This document shows, piece by piece, positions 33,268 to 43,048 of a stretch of DNA of 64,000 bases. Origin of the DNA: Planctomycetota bacterium. GTDB lineage: Bacteria > Planctomycetota > JBFWNO01. Below the pieces are notes generated by a model. It was not told the DNA's origin. It searched no databases and saw nothing but the letters and a program-made list of their open reading frames with translations. Position numbers and translations under genes: made by a program. Where the stretch lies: contig JBFWNO010000002.1 of the NCBI GenBank assembly GCA_050251015.1, positions 12,775 through 76,774 of the forward strand, given 5' to 3'. The stretch's first letter is position 1. Every line of letters starts with the position of its first letter.

Positions 33268-34806
33268 TCATGATTTTTGTGTCGCCTTTTCCAATCGTGG
33301 GAACAAGGGGCCTAGGGTCCCCAAGGTGCGGCCTGGCTCCAAAGCGCCGAAGTTGAAGAACTCGCGGCTGCGGGGTGCCTCCCGCTCGCCCAGCGCCCCG
33401 AGGATCTTCGCCGAGATCTCGGGCATCACAGGGTGCATGGCTCCGGCCAGGAACCGGAGGGACCGGCACATGGTCAGTAGCGCCCTGTCAAGATCGTCAG
33501 AGCGCACGGGATCCTTGGCCAACTTCCAGGGTTCATGGGTATCGACATACTTGTTCACCGCATCGCCCATCTGCTTGAGGGCCCCGGCGGCCTTGTGCAG
33601 CTCGAAGCGGCGCACAGCCTCCCACTGCATGTCGAGGAGGTTCACAAGGTCCTTCTCCAGAGCTGCCTCGGCAGGCCCGGACGTCGCCGAGGGCGCGACC
33701 CCCCCCCGATTCTTGTGTACCAGGGTGAGGGTGCGGCTGACCAGGTTACCGAGGTTATTGGCCAAATCCGCGTTGTAGCGCTCGGCGAACATTTCCTCGG
33801 TGAAATCGGCGTCGGAACCGAAGGTCATGGCGCTGGCGAGCACATACCGTAGGGGGTCGAAGCCGCAACGCTCGCCCATGGCCAGCGGATCCACGACATT
33901 GCCAAGGCTTTTCGACATCTTGCTCTGGCCTACCACCCAATAGCCGTGCACGACGAACTGGCTTGGCAACGGGATATCGAGAGCCATCAGCATGCAGGGC
34001 CAGTAGACGCAATGGGTCTTGATGATGTCCTTAGCCATCAGGTGGTGGACCACGGGCCACAACCTCTGGTAGTCGGGAGCCCCCTTGCCGCCGAGGGCGC
34101 TCACATAGTTCAGCAGGGCATCGAACCAGACATAGGTCACATAATCCCTGTCGAAGGGGATCTCGATGCCCCAGTCCAGGCGCGATTTGGGGCGGGAAAT
34201 GCACAAATCGTGCAGGGGCGCCTTGAGGAAGGATTCGATCTCCTTCCTGTATTGTTCAGGATGGATCCAGGAGGGGTCTTTCTTGATGTGGTCCACCAGA
34301 CGCTGTTGGAAGGCGCTCATTTTGAAGAAATAGTTCTTCTCCTTCATCTTCTGCGGGGGCTTCTGGTGGTCCTTGCACAGGCCATCGGCCGTGAGATCGT
34401 CGGCATCAAGGTAGCGCTCGCAACCCACGCAGTAATCGCCTTCATAGTCGTCGGAATACACCAGGCCCTTGGCGTGGATCTCGACCAGGGCCGCCTGCAC
34501 CACCCTCTTGTGCTCCGCATCCGTGGTGCGGATGAATCTCTGGGCCTCGACATGGATCTTCGGCAGGAGGGCCTTGAACAGCGCGCTCACCTCATCGGCG
34601 AAGGCCTGTGGGGTCTTGCCTTCCTCGCGGGCCTTGGAGGCCACCTTCTGGCCGTGCTCGTCGGTGCCGGTGAGGAAGAAGGTCTCCTCCCCGAACAGCC
34701 TGTGGAAACGGCAGAAAATGTCCCCCACGATGCTGGTGTAGGCGTGGCCCAAGTGCGGCCTCGAATTCACATAGTAGATGGGTGTGGTGATGAAAAACCG
34801 CTTCAT
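33268..34806 (-). CDS. metG: Methionyl-tRNA synthetase
   Basis: TTPIYYVNSRPHLGHAYT (HIGH-type) and KMSKSLGN. Start taken at the ATG at 34806. Confidence 0.92.
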   Translation of the reverse strand: MKRFFITTPIYYVNSRPHLGHAYTSIVGDIFCRFHRLFGEETFFLTGTDEHGQKVASKAREEGKTPQAFADEVSALFKALLPKIHVEAQRFIRTTDAEHKRVVQAALVEIHAKGLVYSDDYEGDYCVGCERYLDADDLTADGLCKDHQKPPQKMKEKNYFFKMSAFQQRLVDHIKKDPSWIHPEQYRKEIESFLKAPLHDLCISRPKSRLDWGIEIPFDRDYVTYVWFDALLNYVSALGGKGAPDYQRLWPVVHHLMAKDIIKTHCVYWPCMLMALDIPLPSQFVVHGYWVVGQSKMSKSLGNVVDPLAMGERCGFDPLRYVLASAMTFGSDADFTEEMFAERYNADLANNLGNLVSRTLTLVHKNRGGVAPSATSGPAEAALEKDLVNLLDMQWEAVRRFELHKAAGALKQMGDAVNKYVDTHEPWKLAKDPVRSDDLDRALLTMCRSLRFLAGAMHPVMPEISAKILGALGEREAPRSREFFNFGALEPGRTLGTLGPLFPRLEKATQKS

Positions 34807-34867
34807 GGGTGTGATTCTAACAGGGGCCTGCACTTCGCCTCCGACGTGGGTGTGCTATGTTGGGTCC

Positions 34868-35497
34868 ATGGAAATACGAGTCAATGGCGCTCAAACTTCC
34901 CTGCTTTCCCTGGAGGGTGAAACCCTGGGTGGCCTGTTTGAAAGGCTCAATGCGCACTTTGACAGCGAAAAGTCGTCCGTGGTCGGCATGAGCCTTGATG
35001 GAAAGCCTGTGGACCTTGCCGGCCAAGAAGGCCTCTGGGACTCATCCTGCTCCTCCTACTCGCTTTTGGAGATTGAGGTGGTGCCCCATGCCGAACTTTC
35101 AAGACGCACCCTTGCCGACCTCAAGGAGCTTGTCACCCAGTGCCCTGGCGCCTGCATTGAAGCTGCGTCAAACTTCCAGACTGGATCCCCGGCGGAGGGT
35201 CTCAAGCGCCTTGACAACATCTTCCAGCTTTGGGCCGTGCTCTTTCAGAGTTTTTCGGATGCGGCCTCTTTTCACCAGTTCCGGCTGGCCGATGTGAAGG
35301 TCGGCGGCAAAGTTCTACCTGAGCTCTTGTCGGGGCTATCGGATTTGATCCGCCGACTGCAGGAAGCCGTGAAATCCCGCGATTACGTAACCGTGGCCGA
35401 CCTGTTGGAGTACGAGATGGTCGAGGTGGTCCCGGGTTGGATCCAGGCCCTGGATGCCGTCCTGGCCCTAGTTGCGTCCCGCCATGAGCCGGCTTGA
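34868..35497 (+). CDS. Hypothetical protein upstream of and overlapping the Maf gene
   Basis: ATG at 34868, 209 aa. No family recognised. Confidence 0.55.
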   Translation: MEIRVNGAQTSLLSLEGETLGGLFERLNAHFDSEKSSVVGMSLDGKPVDLAGQEGLWDSSCSSYSLLEIEVVPHAELSRRTLADLKELVTQCPGACIEAASNFQTGSPAEGLKRLDNIFQLWAVLFQSFSDAASFHQFRLADVKVGGKVLPELLSGLSDLIRRLQEAVKSRDYVTVADLLEYEMVEVVPGWIQALDAVLALVASRHEPA

Positions 35498-37418
35498 CAA
35501 CAACCTCCACGCCCTCGCCAGGCACCAACCGCACATCCCAGCCACGTTCAAAAAACTCAGGCCCTTGGACTCCGCCATCATCGAGGAATCCCGCCAGGGG
35601 GGGCTGACCGCAAAAATCATCACAGATGCCGGGGATGTCTGGCTCCACAGCAGGATGGATCCACGGAAGGAAGCCCAACGACTGGTCGCCGGAGTGGATC
35701 CCACGCGCTACGGTACTTTTCTGGTGTATGGCTTCGGATGCGGCCACCACATCGCAGAACTTCTAGGACGCGTGCACGCCAAGGCAAGGGTCATTGTGGT
35801 GGAACCCAACGACGCCTGGCTCAGAAACCTGCTCGAGTCCGCCGACCTTGTGTCCATTCTTGCCGACCCCAGGCTCATCCTCCTGACCCACATGTCCAGC
35901 GGACAGATCTTTGATGTGCTTGAAAGACACTTGGTGGCCTTTTTTCTGGGATCCAAGGTCGTCACCCACGAACCCTCCGTCCGCGCCGGCGGCGACATCT
36001 ACCGCAAGGCCAGCCAGATCATCCGCGAATTCCTGGATTTCGGGACCACCAGTCTATACACAGCCGCCGCCATCAGCACCCAGAGCAAGTTCAATTGTTT
36101 CATGAACCTGCCCCACAGCCTGTTCAATCCCGGGGTGAGCACCTTGGCCGGCTTAGCCAACAGGAAACCGGCCATTGTCGTGGGAGCCGGTCCCTCGTTG
36201 CAGCGCAACATCCGGCGCCTCAAGGATTGCGGCGCGGTCATCATTGCCACCGGTACTATCCTCAAGCGCCTCCTGGCCGAGGGGATCGAGCCCCATTACG
36301 TCTGCTCCATCGATTATCACTACAAGCTGACAAAGAAATACATGCAGGACCTCCCGCCCCTGCCCCACACAACATTGGTGGTGGACCCCAAGGCCAACCA
36401 CCATATCGCCGACATCTACCCCGGTCCTGTTCGGACCTGGGACGATCCCTTCATGGCCACACTTCTCCGGAGTTTCCGCAAGGTGCCCCACGGCACCCTC
36501 CCTCCCGCCGGCACGGTCTCCCAGACGGCGTTTCACCTGGCCCAGCTGCTGGGATGCGACCCCATCATCTTTGTCGGGCAGGATCTCGCCTACCCGGGTC
36601 ACATCACACACATGCCCGGCACCGCGATCCTCGATGATTGGGCCGAGGAAACCAACCGGTTCCACACCTATGAGGACAAGGAATGGGAATACTTCGCCCG
36701 GACACGCAAGGGAATGTTCAGTGTGGAATCCCTCGAAGGGGGGACCATCTACACCGACAGGCAGATGTTCACCTACCTCAAAAATTTCGGAAAGATCTTC
36801 AGGGAATGCCCCCAGAGGGTGATTGATGCGAGCGAGGCCGGCGCTCTGAAGGAGGGAGCCGAACACATGTCCCTGGAGAAGGCCCTTCGTGAAGCCGGCT
36901 CGCTGATCGACGCGTCCTTTGTCAGTGCACCAGGATTGTCGCGTGACACGTCGAGAAAGGTCGAGGCCATGGCCCTGCTCGCAGCCCGGATGGGCGAGAT
37001 CAACGACCTTCTAGAGGTGTTTGAAGACCAGCTTGCCAACCTTGGGGAGCTCAAGGAAGCCCTCGACGACGAAAAGAGGTTCAACCAGCTTCTCAGGCGG
37101 GTGGATGAGGCCAGAAAAAAGCTCGACCGGCTTGCGGATCTATCCGGCATGGTCAATGAACTGGCCCAGGCCGACGACTACAGGCGTCAAAAGGACGACC
37201 TTGAGATCATGCTCGGGGGGCAGCAGGGCCAGGAACTGCGCCGTCTTCAACTGGAGCGTGACGAACGTTTCATCATCGGCCTTCAGGGCGCCCTGCGTTT
37301 CATGCGGGAATTCCTGAAGGAGGCCTGCGCCCGCGTGGAGTCCTACCCGGAGATTCCCACTGAGACAGTGAGCGGTCTGGAGGTTATCAGGGAAAGGTTG
37401 CGCTATGAATCGCGTTGA
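35484..37418 (+). CDS. maf: Motility accessory factor (Maf, DUF115/MptE-like) with C-terminal coiled coil; putative flagellin glycosyltransferase
   Basis: KPAIVVGAGPSLQRNIRRLKDCGAVIIATGTILKRLLAEGIEPHYVCSIDYH matches the DUF115 core. It lies next to fliS-fliD-flaG-flagellin. Confidence 0.7.
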   Translation: MSRLDNNLHALARHQPHIPATFKKLRPLDSAIIEESRQGGLTAKIITDAGDVWLHSRMDPRKEAQRLVAGVDPTRYGTFLVYGFGCGHHIAELLGRVHAKARVIVVEPNDAWLRNLLESADLVSILADPRLILLTHMSSGQIFDVLERHLVAFFLGSKVVTHEPSVRAGGDIYRKASQIIREFLDFGTTSLYTAAAISTQSKFNCFMNLPHSLFNPGVSTLAGLANRKPAIVVGAGPSLQRNIRRLKDCGAVIIATGTILKRLLAEGIEPHYVCSIDYHYKLTKKYMQDLPPLPHTTLVVDPKANHHIADIYPGPVRTWDDPFMATLLRSFRKVPHGTLPPAGTVSQTAFHLAQLLGCDPIIFVGQDLAYPGHITHMPGTAILDDWAEETNRFHTYEDKEWEYFARTRKGMFSVESLEGGTIYTDRQMFTYLKNFGKIFRECPQRVIDASEAGALKEGAEHMSLEKALREAGSLIDASFVSAPGLSRDTSRKVEAMALLAARMGEINDLLEVFEDQLANLGELKEALDDEKRFNQLLRRVDEARKKLDRLADLSGMVNELAQADDYRRQKDDLEIMLGGQQGQELRRLQLERDERFIIGLQGALRFMREFLKEACARVESYPEIPTETVSGLEVIRERLRYESR

Positions 37419-38949
37419 CGCCTATGTGGTTGTGAGGGAAACAAACCCACGAGGCCTACCCACCTTGCACCGCGAACAGCTCGGAGGCAGGCCCGTGCTC
37501 CACTGGGTTTGCGAGGCCCTCCGCCGAATGGAAACCCTGAGGGACATTGCGGTGATCTGCGATCGCATCGACCCCTTCCTGGAGGACCTCCGGAAACGCT
37601 ATGGCGTGAGGCTTCATGATTCCACCCTGCCCGACAACCCCCGTAGAGCCCGTATGCGTCGGTGCCGTTTGTGGTCGGCCACAGGATGGCGAGGGGGCAT
37701 CGACTACGCCACGGCCTTTGATGAAGATGGGTGGCCCGAGGCCTTTGCTGCCGTGCAGGAGGCTCACCCCGTGGACCATGTCTACCATGTTGGCGCCGAA
37801 TGGCCCGCCCTGGATGCCCGTCTGTCCGACGAGCTTGTCAGGCACGGCATCCGCATGAGTGCCGACGCCCACTACATCTTCCACCAAGCCCCTCCGGGGT
37901 TCGCCGGGGCTCTCATCTCGCCACGGACCGTCGCCCTCATGGCCGGAGGAAGGCTGCTGCTGCGGGATGCGCTGGCCGTCAACCACAAGGGAGAGGACAA
38001 CCAGGATGAGGCCAAAGGAACAGGAAACTTTGAAATCCCCACGGCCCTGTCCCGTTTGTCGAAGCGATTCACAGCCGACACCCCGAGGGCACTGCGTTGG
38101 CTCGAGCTTCTGCGCGCCTCCGACCCGGGTTTGGTCCCCGGGCTGGGATCCTGGGAGGATTGGTCCGAGGCGGCATCCAAACACCCCTTCCCCCCCGGGC
38201 CCCCGCCCGAGGTCGAATGGGAATGGGTCACTCCGTCCGGACAGCAGGTCACCCCCGAGCTTTTCAACAGACTGAGCGAGGAACTCTCCTCTGAGCGCGA
38301 CACCCTGGTCACCATCGACGGTCGCGCTCCCCTGACCCAGCATCCGGACTGGGTGGAAATGGTCCGACACTTGAAGGCGCGCCGCATCCACGGTCTCCAC
38401 CTGAGGCTTGGGGCCCGGGACCTTTCGGAATCCGTTGTGACCCAGCTTCTGTCATCGCCCGTTGATGTCATCAGCATACGCCTTGATCATGAGGCCCTTT
38501 CAATCCCTCACACCGAACAGGTGGAGCGACTCTGCAGGGGTCGCAATCCCCAGACAGGGCCTTTGGTGGTCGTAGAGATGGTCCGGCGTTCAGAGCTCAT
38601 TGCTTCCTGGGAATCCTTCTGGGACCGCTGGGTCCCCCTGGCTGACCAAGTTGTCTGGAGGCCACCGATGAAAGCACTAGGGCTGTTTCCTCCTGGCAAT
38701 GACCTGGTGCTGACAAGGGCCCCGCGACGACCCTGCCGGAGGTTGTCGGCCGAAACAGTCATCAGGGCCGACGGCACCGTGGCCCTCTGTAGGGAGGATT
38801 GGGAAGACCGTCACGCTTTAGGCTCGGTCAGGGAAGAGTCCCTGGAATCCATACGACGGCGCCAGGAAGCCCGATGGCTTCGACATGCGGCGGGAGATTG
38901 GGGAACCCCCTGCTCCTCCTGCGACGGCTGGGATTCCCTGGCCCCCTGA
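37405..38949 (+). CDS. Two-part protein: N-terminal nucleotidyl(cytidylyl)transferase-like domain and C-terminal SPASM/twitch-like Cys cluster
   Basis: 514 aa. The N-terminus is AYVVVRETNPRGLPTLHREQLGGRPVLHWVCEAL. The C-terminus is CRRL...IRADGTVALCREDW...LGSV...CSSCDGW. I saw no CxxxCxxC radical-SAM triad. Confidence 0.55.
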   Translation: MNRVDAYVVVRETNPRGLPTLHREQLGGRPVLHWVCEALRRMETLRDIAVICDRIDPFLEDLRKRYGVRLHDSTLPDNPRRARMRRCRLWSATGWRGGIDYATAFDEDGWPEAFAAVQEAHPVDHVYHVGAEWPALDARLSDELVRHGIRMSADAHYIFHQAPPGFAGALISPRTVALMAGGRLLLRDALAVNHKGEDNQDEAKGTGNFEIPTALSRLSKRFTADTPRALRWLELLRASDPGLVPGLGSWEDWSEAASKHPFPPGPPPEVEWEWVTPSGQQVTPELFNRLSEELSSERDTLVTIDGRAPLTQHPDWVEMVRHLKARRIHGLHLRLGARDLSESVVTQLLSSPVDVISIRLDHEALSIPHTEQVERLCRGRNPQTGPLVVVEMVRRSELIASWESFWDRWVPLADQVVWRPPMKALGLFPPGNDLVLTRAPRRPCRRLSAETVIRADGTVALCREDWEDRHALGSVREESLESIRRRQEARWLRHAAGDWGTPCSSCDGWDSLAP

Positions 38950-39396
38950 TCAGCCCTGAAGGCTGAGCCGTGAATCGGAAGACGGTGGAATGGGGCCCGT
39001 GCCTGTCGGAGGATGCTCTCCCCTGACAAGGGCCACAGCCTCCCGCCAGCCTCCACGCAATGTTTCCATGAGTTTTGTCACTTCCTCAACACGCTTCACA
39101 TCCTTCTCAATATTAGCCCTGATCAATTGTTGGTACATGTAGAAATAGAGGGATGTGAGGTTGTCTGAAAGCGTCTTATCCGCATCGGGGTTCAACGCAC
39201 ACATCAGTTCGATGATGATCCGTTGGGCTTTCACAAGCAAGGCATGCGATTCCAGGGTCTGTCCAGCAACCATCTGTTCCCTGCCCTGACTAAGGAACCT
39301 GAGGGCCCCGTCATAGAGCATGATCACCAACTGTTCAGGCGATGCCGTGGCCACCTGGTTTTCGAGGTATTTTTTGGCCTGGGGATTGGTTGTCAT
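38950..39396 (-). CDS. fliS: Flagellar export chaperone FliS
   Basis: YLENQVATASPEQLVIMLYDGALRFL...AQRIIIELMCALN...LSDNLTSLYFYMYQQL. ATG at 39396. Confidence 0.85.
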   Translation of the reverse strand: MTTNPQAKKYLENQVATASPEQLVIMLYDGALRFLSQGREQMVAGQTLESHALLVKAQRIIIELMCALNPDADKTLSDNLTSLYFYMYQQLIRANIEKDVKRVEEVTKLMETLRGGWREAVALVRGEHPPTGTGPIPPSSDSRLSLQG

Positions 39397-39457
39397 GGTG
39401 TCCTGTCTGCTTGTCCTCAAAAGTTATCGGCATTGAATCTACGGACCTGAAGGGTTG

Positions 39458-42400
39458 TCATCGGCGGCCCAGTTGTTGCGAGATGAAGCTGCTTTGCCCT
39501 TGAAGGTCACTGAGCACGCTCTCAAGGTGTGAAAACTCCATGAACAACCGCTCCTGTTCCCTCTGGACCCTTTCCTCGATGCGGATCATCTGATCGCGCA
39601 TCGTCTCAATGGTCTTGTCAATGGCTTCACTTTGCCCGGTGAGAACACCATTCGATTCCACGATGGCAGCCAACCGCGAGTTCAGCATGGCGAAGGCTCC
39701 CGCATCGCGTAGGGAAAAACCCTTGATGACAGCTGATGATCCCGACGGGGAGATGCTCTGAAAAATGCCCAAATCCGTGGCGGCATTGGAACCGTTGATG
39801 TTGATGGCGCGCAAGGGACCTGTACCCCCGGTGGTGTCCGTCAGTTGAATGCCCTCGCCATCCACCCTGAGTGAGGCCGTCAATGTTCCCGGGTTGCTGG
39901 TATGGTTGTTGATGGCGGCAATCACCTCGGCCACCGTGTCCATGTTGTCGAGATTGATCCTTAACGTTGTGCCGTCCGTCATCGTGATTTCTATGTCATC
40001 GGATCCACTGGTCTGCCTCACACCCTGTCCCCCGCGCAATTCGGCCAACCTGGTGTTGCTCCCCACCTTAGCACCGGCATCCAACAGGGTCACGACATCC
40101 TCGTAATGGCTGTTGATAGCACTCCTGAACTTATCCTCGTCGAAATCAAGTCCTGTCCCGTCTTCCTTAACCCTGAGCCCCACGCTCGACAGGCGGTTGA
40201 AGGGCGCCGTCACATTTTGGACGCTGCGGGTGAACGTGCGATACAGATCGGCCTCAATGTTCCGAAGCGCCGCATTGCCTTGCAGGATGGCAGGTTCCTC
40301 AGCATCAACGCCCTTGAAATCACTGAGCTCGTGGATTTCTTCCATGGAGGCATTGAATCCTTCCACGAAATCACGGATGGACTCCAGGATCCCGTCGACA
40401 TTCCTTGAAATGTTCACCGTCACCATCTCTGAGGATGCGGAGCCAAGTGTAAGTGTAAGTCCAGGGATGATGTTCTCCACCGTATTCGAGGTTCCCGTGA
40501 TGAGTACGGGTTGGGACCCGGAGCTCCCTCCGCCAAAGATGACGGCGGCATCCTGCGCCTGCGTGGTGGTGGTGAAATTGAAGGAGTTGTCAAAATCGTC
40601 CATCAACAGTCGCCCGGGGCTTCCCGCCACGTTGGAGACAATGTTCAAGCGATAGGGCGCTGTTGCAGAACCGTCGTGGATGATGGTGGTTGTGATATCC
40701 AAGTTGAGGTTGTTGAGGATGTCGCGGATGTCATTAAGGCTCTCCGTGCCATCAAGATCAATCGTGAACTCGAAGCTCCCATCCACTGTGGCGGATGTGG
40801 TGTTAGCCAGGATATTGAGGTCGCTGGCCGAGGTACCCCCATTGATGTCTACAATGCGGATGGAGCCTGTGCCGGTGGGACTGGAAACCAGCAGCCCATT
40901 GCCGTCGTCATTGATGGTGGCGCTAAGGTCGCTGCCGGCGGCCAAGGCGGCGCCGTTGATCTGGTCAATCACTTGGCCTAGATCTGTCTTGCCCTCGATG
41001 TTCACCGTGAACATGTCTCCGTTTCGGTCAGTAACCTGGAATTTTCCGCCGAAGACGCCGCGCCCGGCATTCATGTCAGCCAGCAGGGTGTTGCGGCTGA
41101 GATACCGGGGCCTGGAATCGAACCCGTTGAAGGAATTGGAGTCGGTCCCCGTGATGGTGAAGGTGTCGGCGGCACCGATGACGGCCGAAAAGCCGCTGTC
41201 GAATGTCACCTGTCCCGTGGTGGCATCAAAATCCTTGATCGTCTGTTTTTGCCCCGCATTGGCCCCTGCCGTGAACAACAGCTCAAGCCCGTTGAGTTGA
41301 TCGTCTTCAAGTCCCAAAGCGGCAAGGGTGGCGCTGGTCAACTGAGTCGTTGATCCACCGACACTGACTGCGTGCGCACCGCTGACGCCTGTACGAATGC
41401 CCAGGTCGTTGGCCACAGTCCCTACGGTATCCACGATGGATAGGTCGCTGGTCGGAAGTCCTGTGTTGTTATCATCGATACGCAGACCATTGAGTTCCCG
41501 GTTGAAGCGAGCCGTGACATTCACGTCCGTGTTGTTGTTGATCGCGTTGACCACATCGCCAAGAGTTTCGTTGAGACCATACACGGCGCTTGCCGCTGCA
41601 AAGTCAAAGCTGAGACCCTCGGTGAAACTGACCACGTTGGTGCCCTGGTCCACATCTGTCAGGATGCGGTATTCCGTGTTGGTGCCATCGCTGATGCGGA
41701 TGCGGTTGCCTACAGCCATACCCGCCACGCTGGCCAGGGTCAGGCTGGTGGCACCCAATGCGGGATCCACCGTGGTGCTGGTTTCCCGACGCGGATCCAG
41801 CACAATGCTGGCTGTGTTTCCCTGTCTGTCGGTGATCTGGATTGTGCCATTGCCCAAGCCTTGGGTCCCCGCCTCTTTTTGTCCTCCATTGAGGGTTCGA
41901 CCCAGCAGGGTGTTGAGCGAGGCCACCAGCCTCTTCCCCCTAAGGATGGTGCCGTCGGCGGCATCCGAGGCCCCCGTTGCGGCGGATTCGCTAGTGAGTC
42001 CATGGAGGCCGAGATCCACCAAGGCGCCGCTCGTGCCGAAGGGGCCAGCTACAGCAGACACCGTGAAGGTGCCTCCCGATTCAACCGTGTTGTCGACGAG
42101 CACCAAGCCTTTTCCCGCAGTGTCCAGGCTGGCCGTGACCTTTCCTACGTTGTCGGCATCATTGTTGATCGCATCCACCACATCCTGGAGAGTGCTGGGG
42201 GATCCGATGTCGACCTGAAAGGAGGCCCCCGAACTGGTGGTGAATGCCAGGTCGTCTCCCGAGCCGCTACGGACTCCCAGGCCATCGTTGAGCCTATCGA
42301 TCCGGGTTGAGAGGGAAAGCCCGTTGATGTCGGACCCCTCGATCACGCCGGCCACATCCGGCCTGAGAAGGCCCAGGCTGGAGGCCGTGAGGCCACCATT

Positions 42401-43042
42401 GACCTCGGCCACGGTCAGCGACCCGCCGCCACTTTGGTCTGTCAGACGGATCCCGTCCCCCCAGGCCTCGGCCATGACCTGGATAGCGTCTTCCTGGTTG
42501 ATGGCAGCAAGGATGTCGTCAACCGTAACGGCCAAGCTCAGATCGATCACCTTCGACGCGCCGTTTCCGTCGGTGATCCTGATGGAACCCCGTTCAAAGC
42601 CCTGGCCATCATTCAATTCCGAAACCTTGGTGGAATGGTCCACAAAGCCTCCGCCCATTTCCACCGTGAACTTTCCGGCTCCCACCGCTGTGGTGCTGGC
42701 GTTGGGCATCCCCTGGCTCACGGCCTGGGCATTGCGGGCCAGACGGGCCACCCTGAAGCTGAAGGACCCTGTCGTCTCGCCAGAGGTGGCCGAGGCGCGA
42801 AGGATGCTTTCGTTGGAACTGGTGGCCTCATTCACCCTGTAGGTGGAAGCCTTGGTCAACTTGAACCCTGTGAGCTTGAGATCCAGGAGCTTCGCTGTCA
42901 GGCCCTGAATCGCCGTCTTTTGTTCCTCCTTCTTGACCACCCTCTCCTCGAGCTGCTGAAGGGGGCGCCGGCTGAGTTCAACCAATTGCTGGATGATGCT
43001 CGTGGTGTCGAGGCCCGATACCAGTCCGTCGACTCTGGGCAT
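39458..43042 (-). CDS. fliD: Flagellar filament cap FliD (hook-associated protein 2), greatly expanded
   Basis: 1194 aa. The N-terminus is the FliD-type GLVSGLDTTSIIQQLVELSRRPL. The C-terminus has FliD-type heptads. The interior has repeated IN-motif modules. Confidence 0.85.
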   Translation of the reverse strand: MPRVDGLVSGLDTTSIIQQLVELSRRPLQQLEERVVKKEEQKTAIQGLTAKLLDLKLTGFKLTKASTYRVNEATSSNESILRASATSGETTGSFSFRVARLARNAQAVSQGMPNASTTAVGAGKFTVEMGGGFVDHSTKVSELNDGQGFERGSIRITDGNGASKVIDLSLAVTVDDILAAINQEDAIQVMAEAWGDGIRLTDQSGGGSLTVAEVNGGLTASSLGLLRPDVAGVIEGSDINGLSLSTRIDRLNDGLGVRSGSGDDLAFTTSSGASFQVDIGSPSTLQDVVDAINNDADNVGKVTASLDTAGKGLVLVDNTVESGGTFTVSAVAGPFGTSGALVDLGLHGLTSESAATGASDAADGTILRGKRLVASLNTLLGRTLNGGQKEAGTQGLGNGTIQITDRQGNTASIVLDPRRETSTTVDPALGATSLTLASVAGMAVGNRIRISDGTNTEYRILTDVDQGTNVVSFTEGLSFDFAAASAVYGLNETLGDVVNAINNNTDVNVTARFNRELNGLRIDDNNTGLPTSDLSIVDTVGTVANDLGIRTGVSGAHAVSVGGSTTQLTSATLAALGLEDDQLNGLELLFTAGANAGQKQTIKDFDATTGQVTFDSGFSAVIGAADTFTITGTDSNSFNGFDSRPRYLSRNTLLADMNAGRGVFGGKFQVTDRNGDMFTVNIEGKTDLGQVIDQINGAALAAGSDLSATINDDGNGLLVSSPTGTGSIRIVDINGGTSASDLNILANTTSATVDGSFEFTIDLDGTESLNDIRDILNNLNLDITTTIIHDGSATAPYRLNIVSNVAGSPGRLLMDDFDNSFNFTTTTQAQDAAVIFGGGSSGSQPVLITGTSNTVENIIPGLTLTLGSASSEMVTVNISRNVDGILESIRDFVEGFNASMEEIHELSDFKGVDAEEPAILQGNAALRNIEADLYRTFTRSVQNVTAPFNRLSSVGLRVKEDGTGLDFDEDKFRSAINSHYEDVVTLLDAGAKVGSNTRLAELRGGQGVRQTSGSDDIEITMTDGTTLRINLDNMDTVAEVIAAINNHTSNPGTLTASLRVDGEGIQLTDTTGGTGPLRAININGSNAATDLGIFQSISPSGSSAVIKGFSLRDAGAFAMLNSRLAAIVESNGVLTGQSEAIDKTIETMRDQMIRIEERVQREQERLFMEFSHLESVLSDLQGQSSFISQQLGRR

Positions 43043-43048
43043 GGCGCC

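Noticed and set aside
38944-38955. Convergent stop codons of the 514-aa gene and fliS forming TGATCA with zero spacer.
   Set aside because: A trivial consequence of two abutting stops. No hairpin or other signal was visible.
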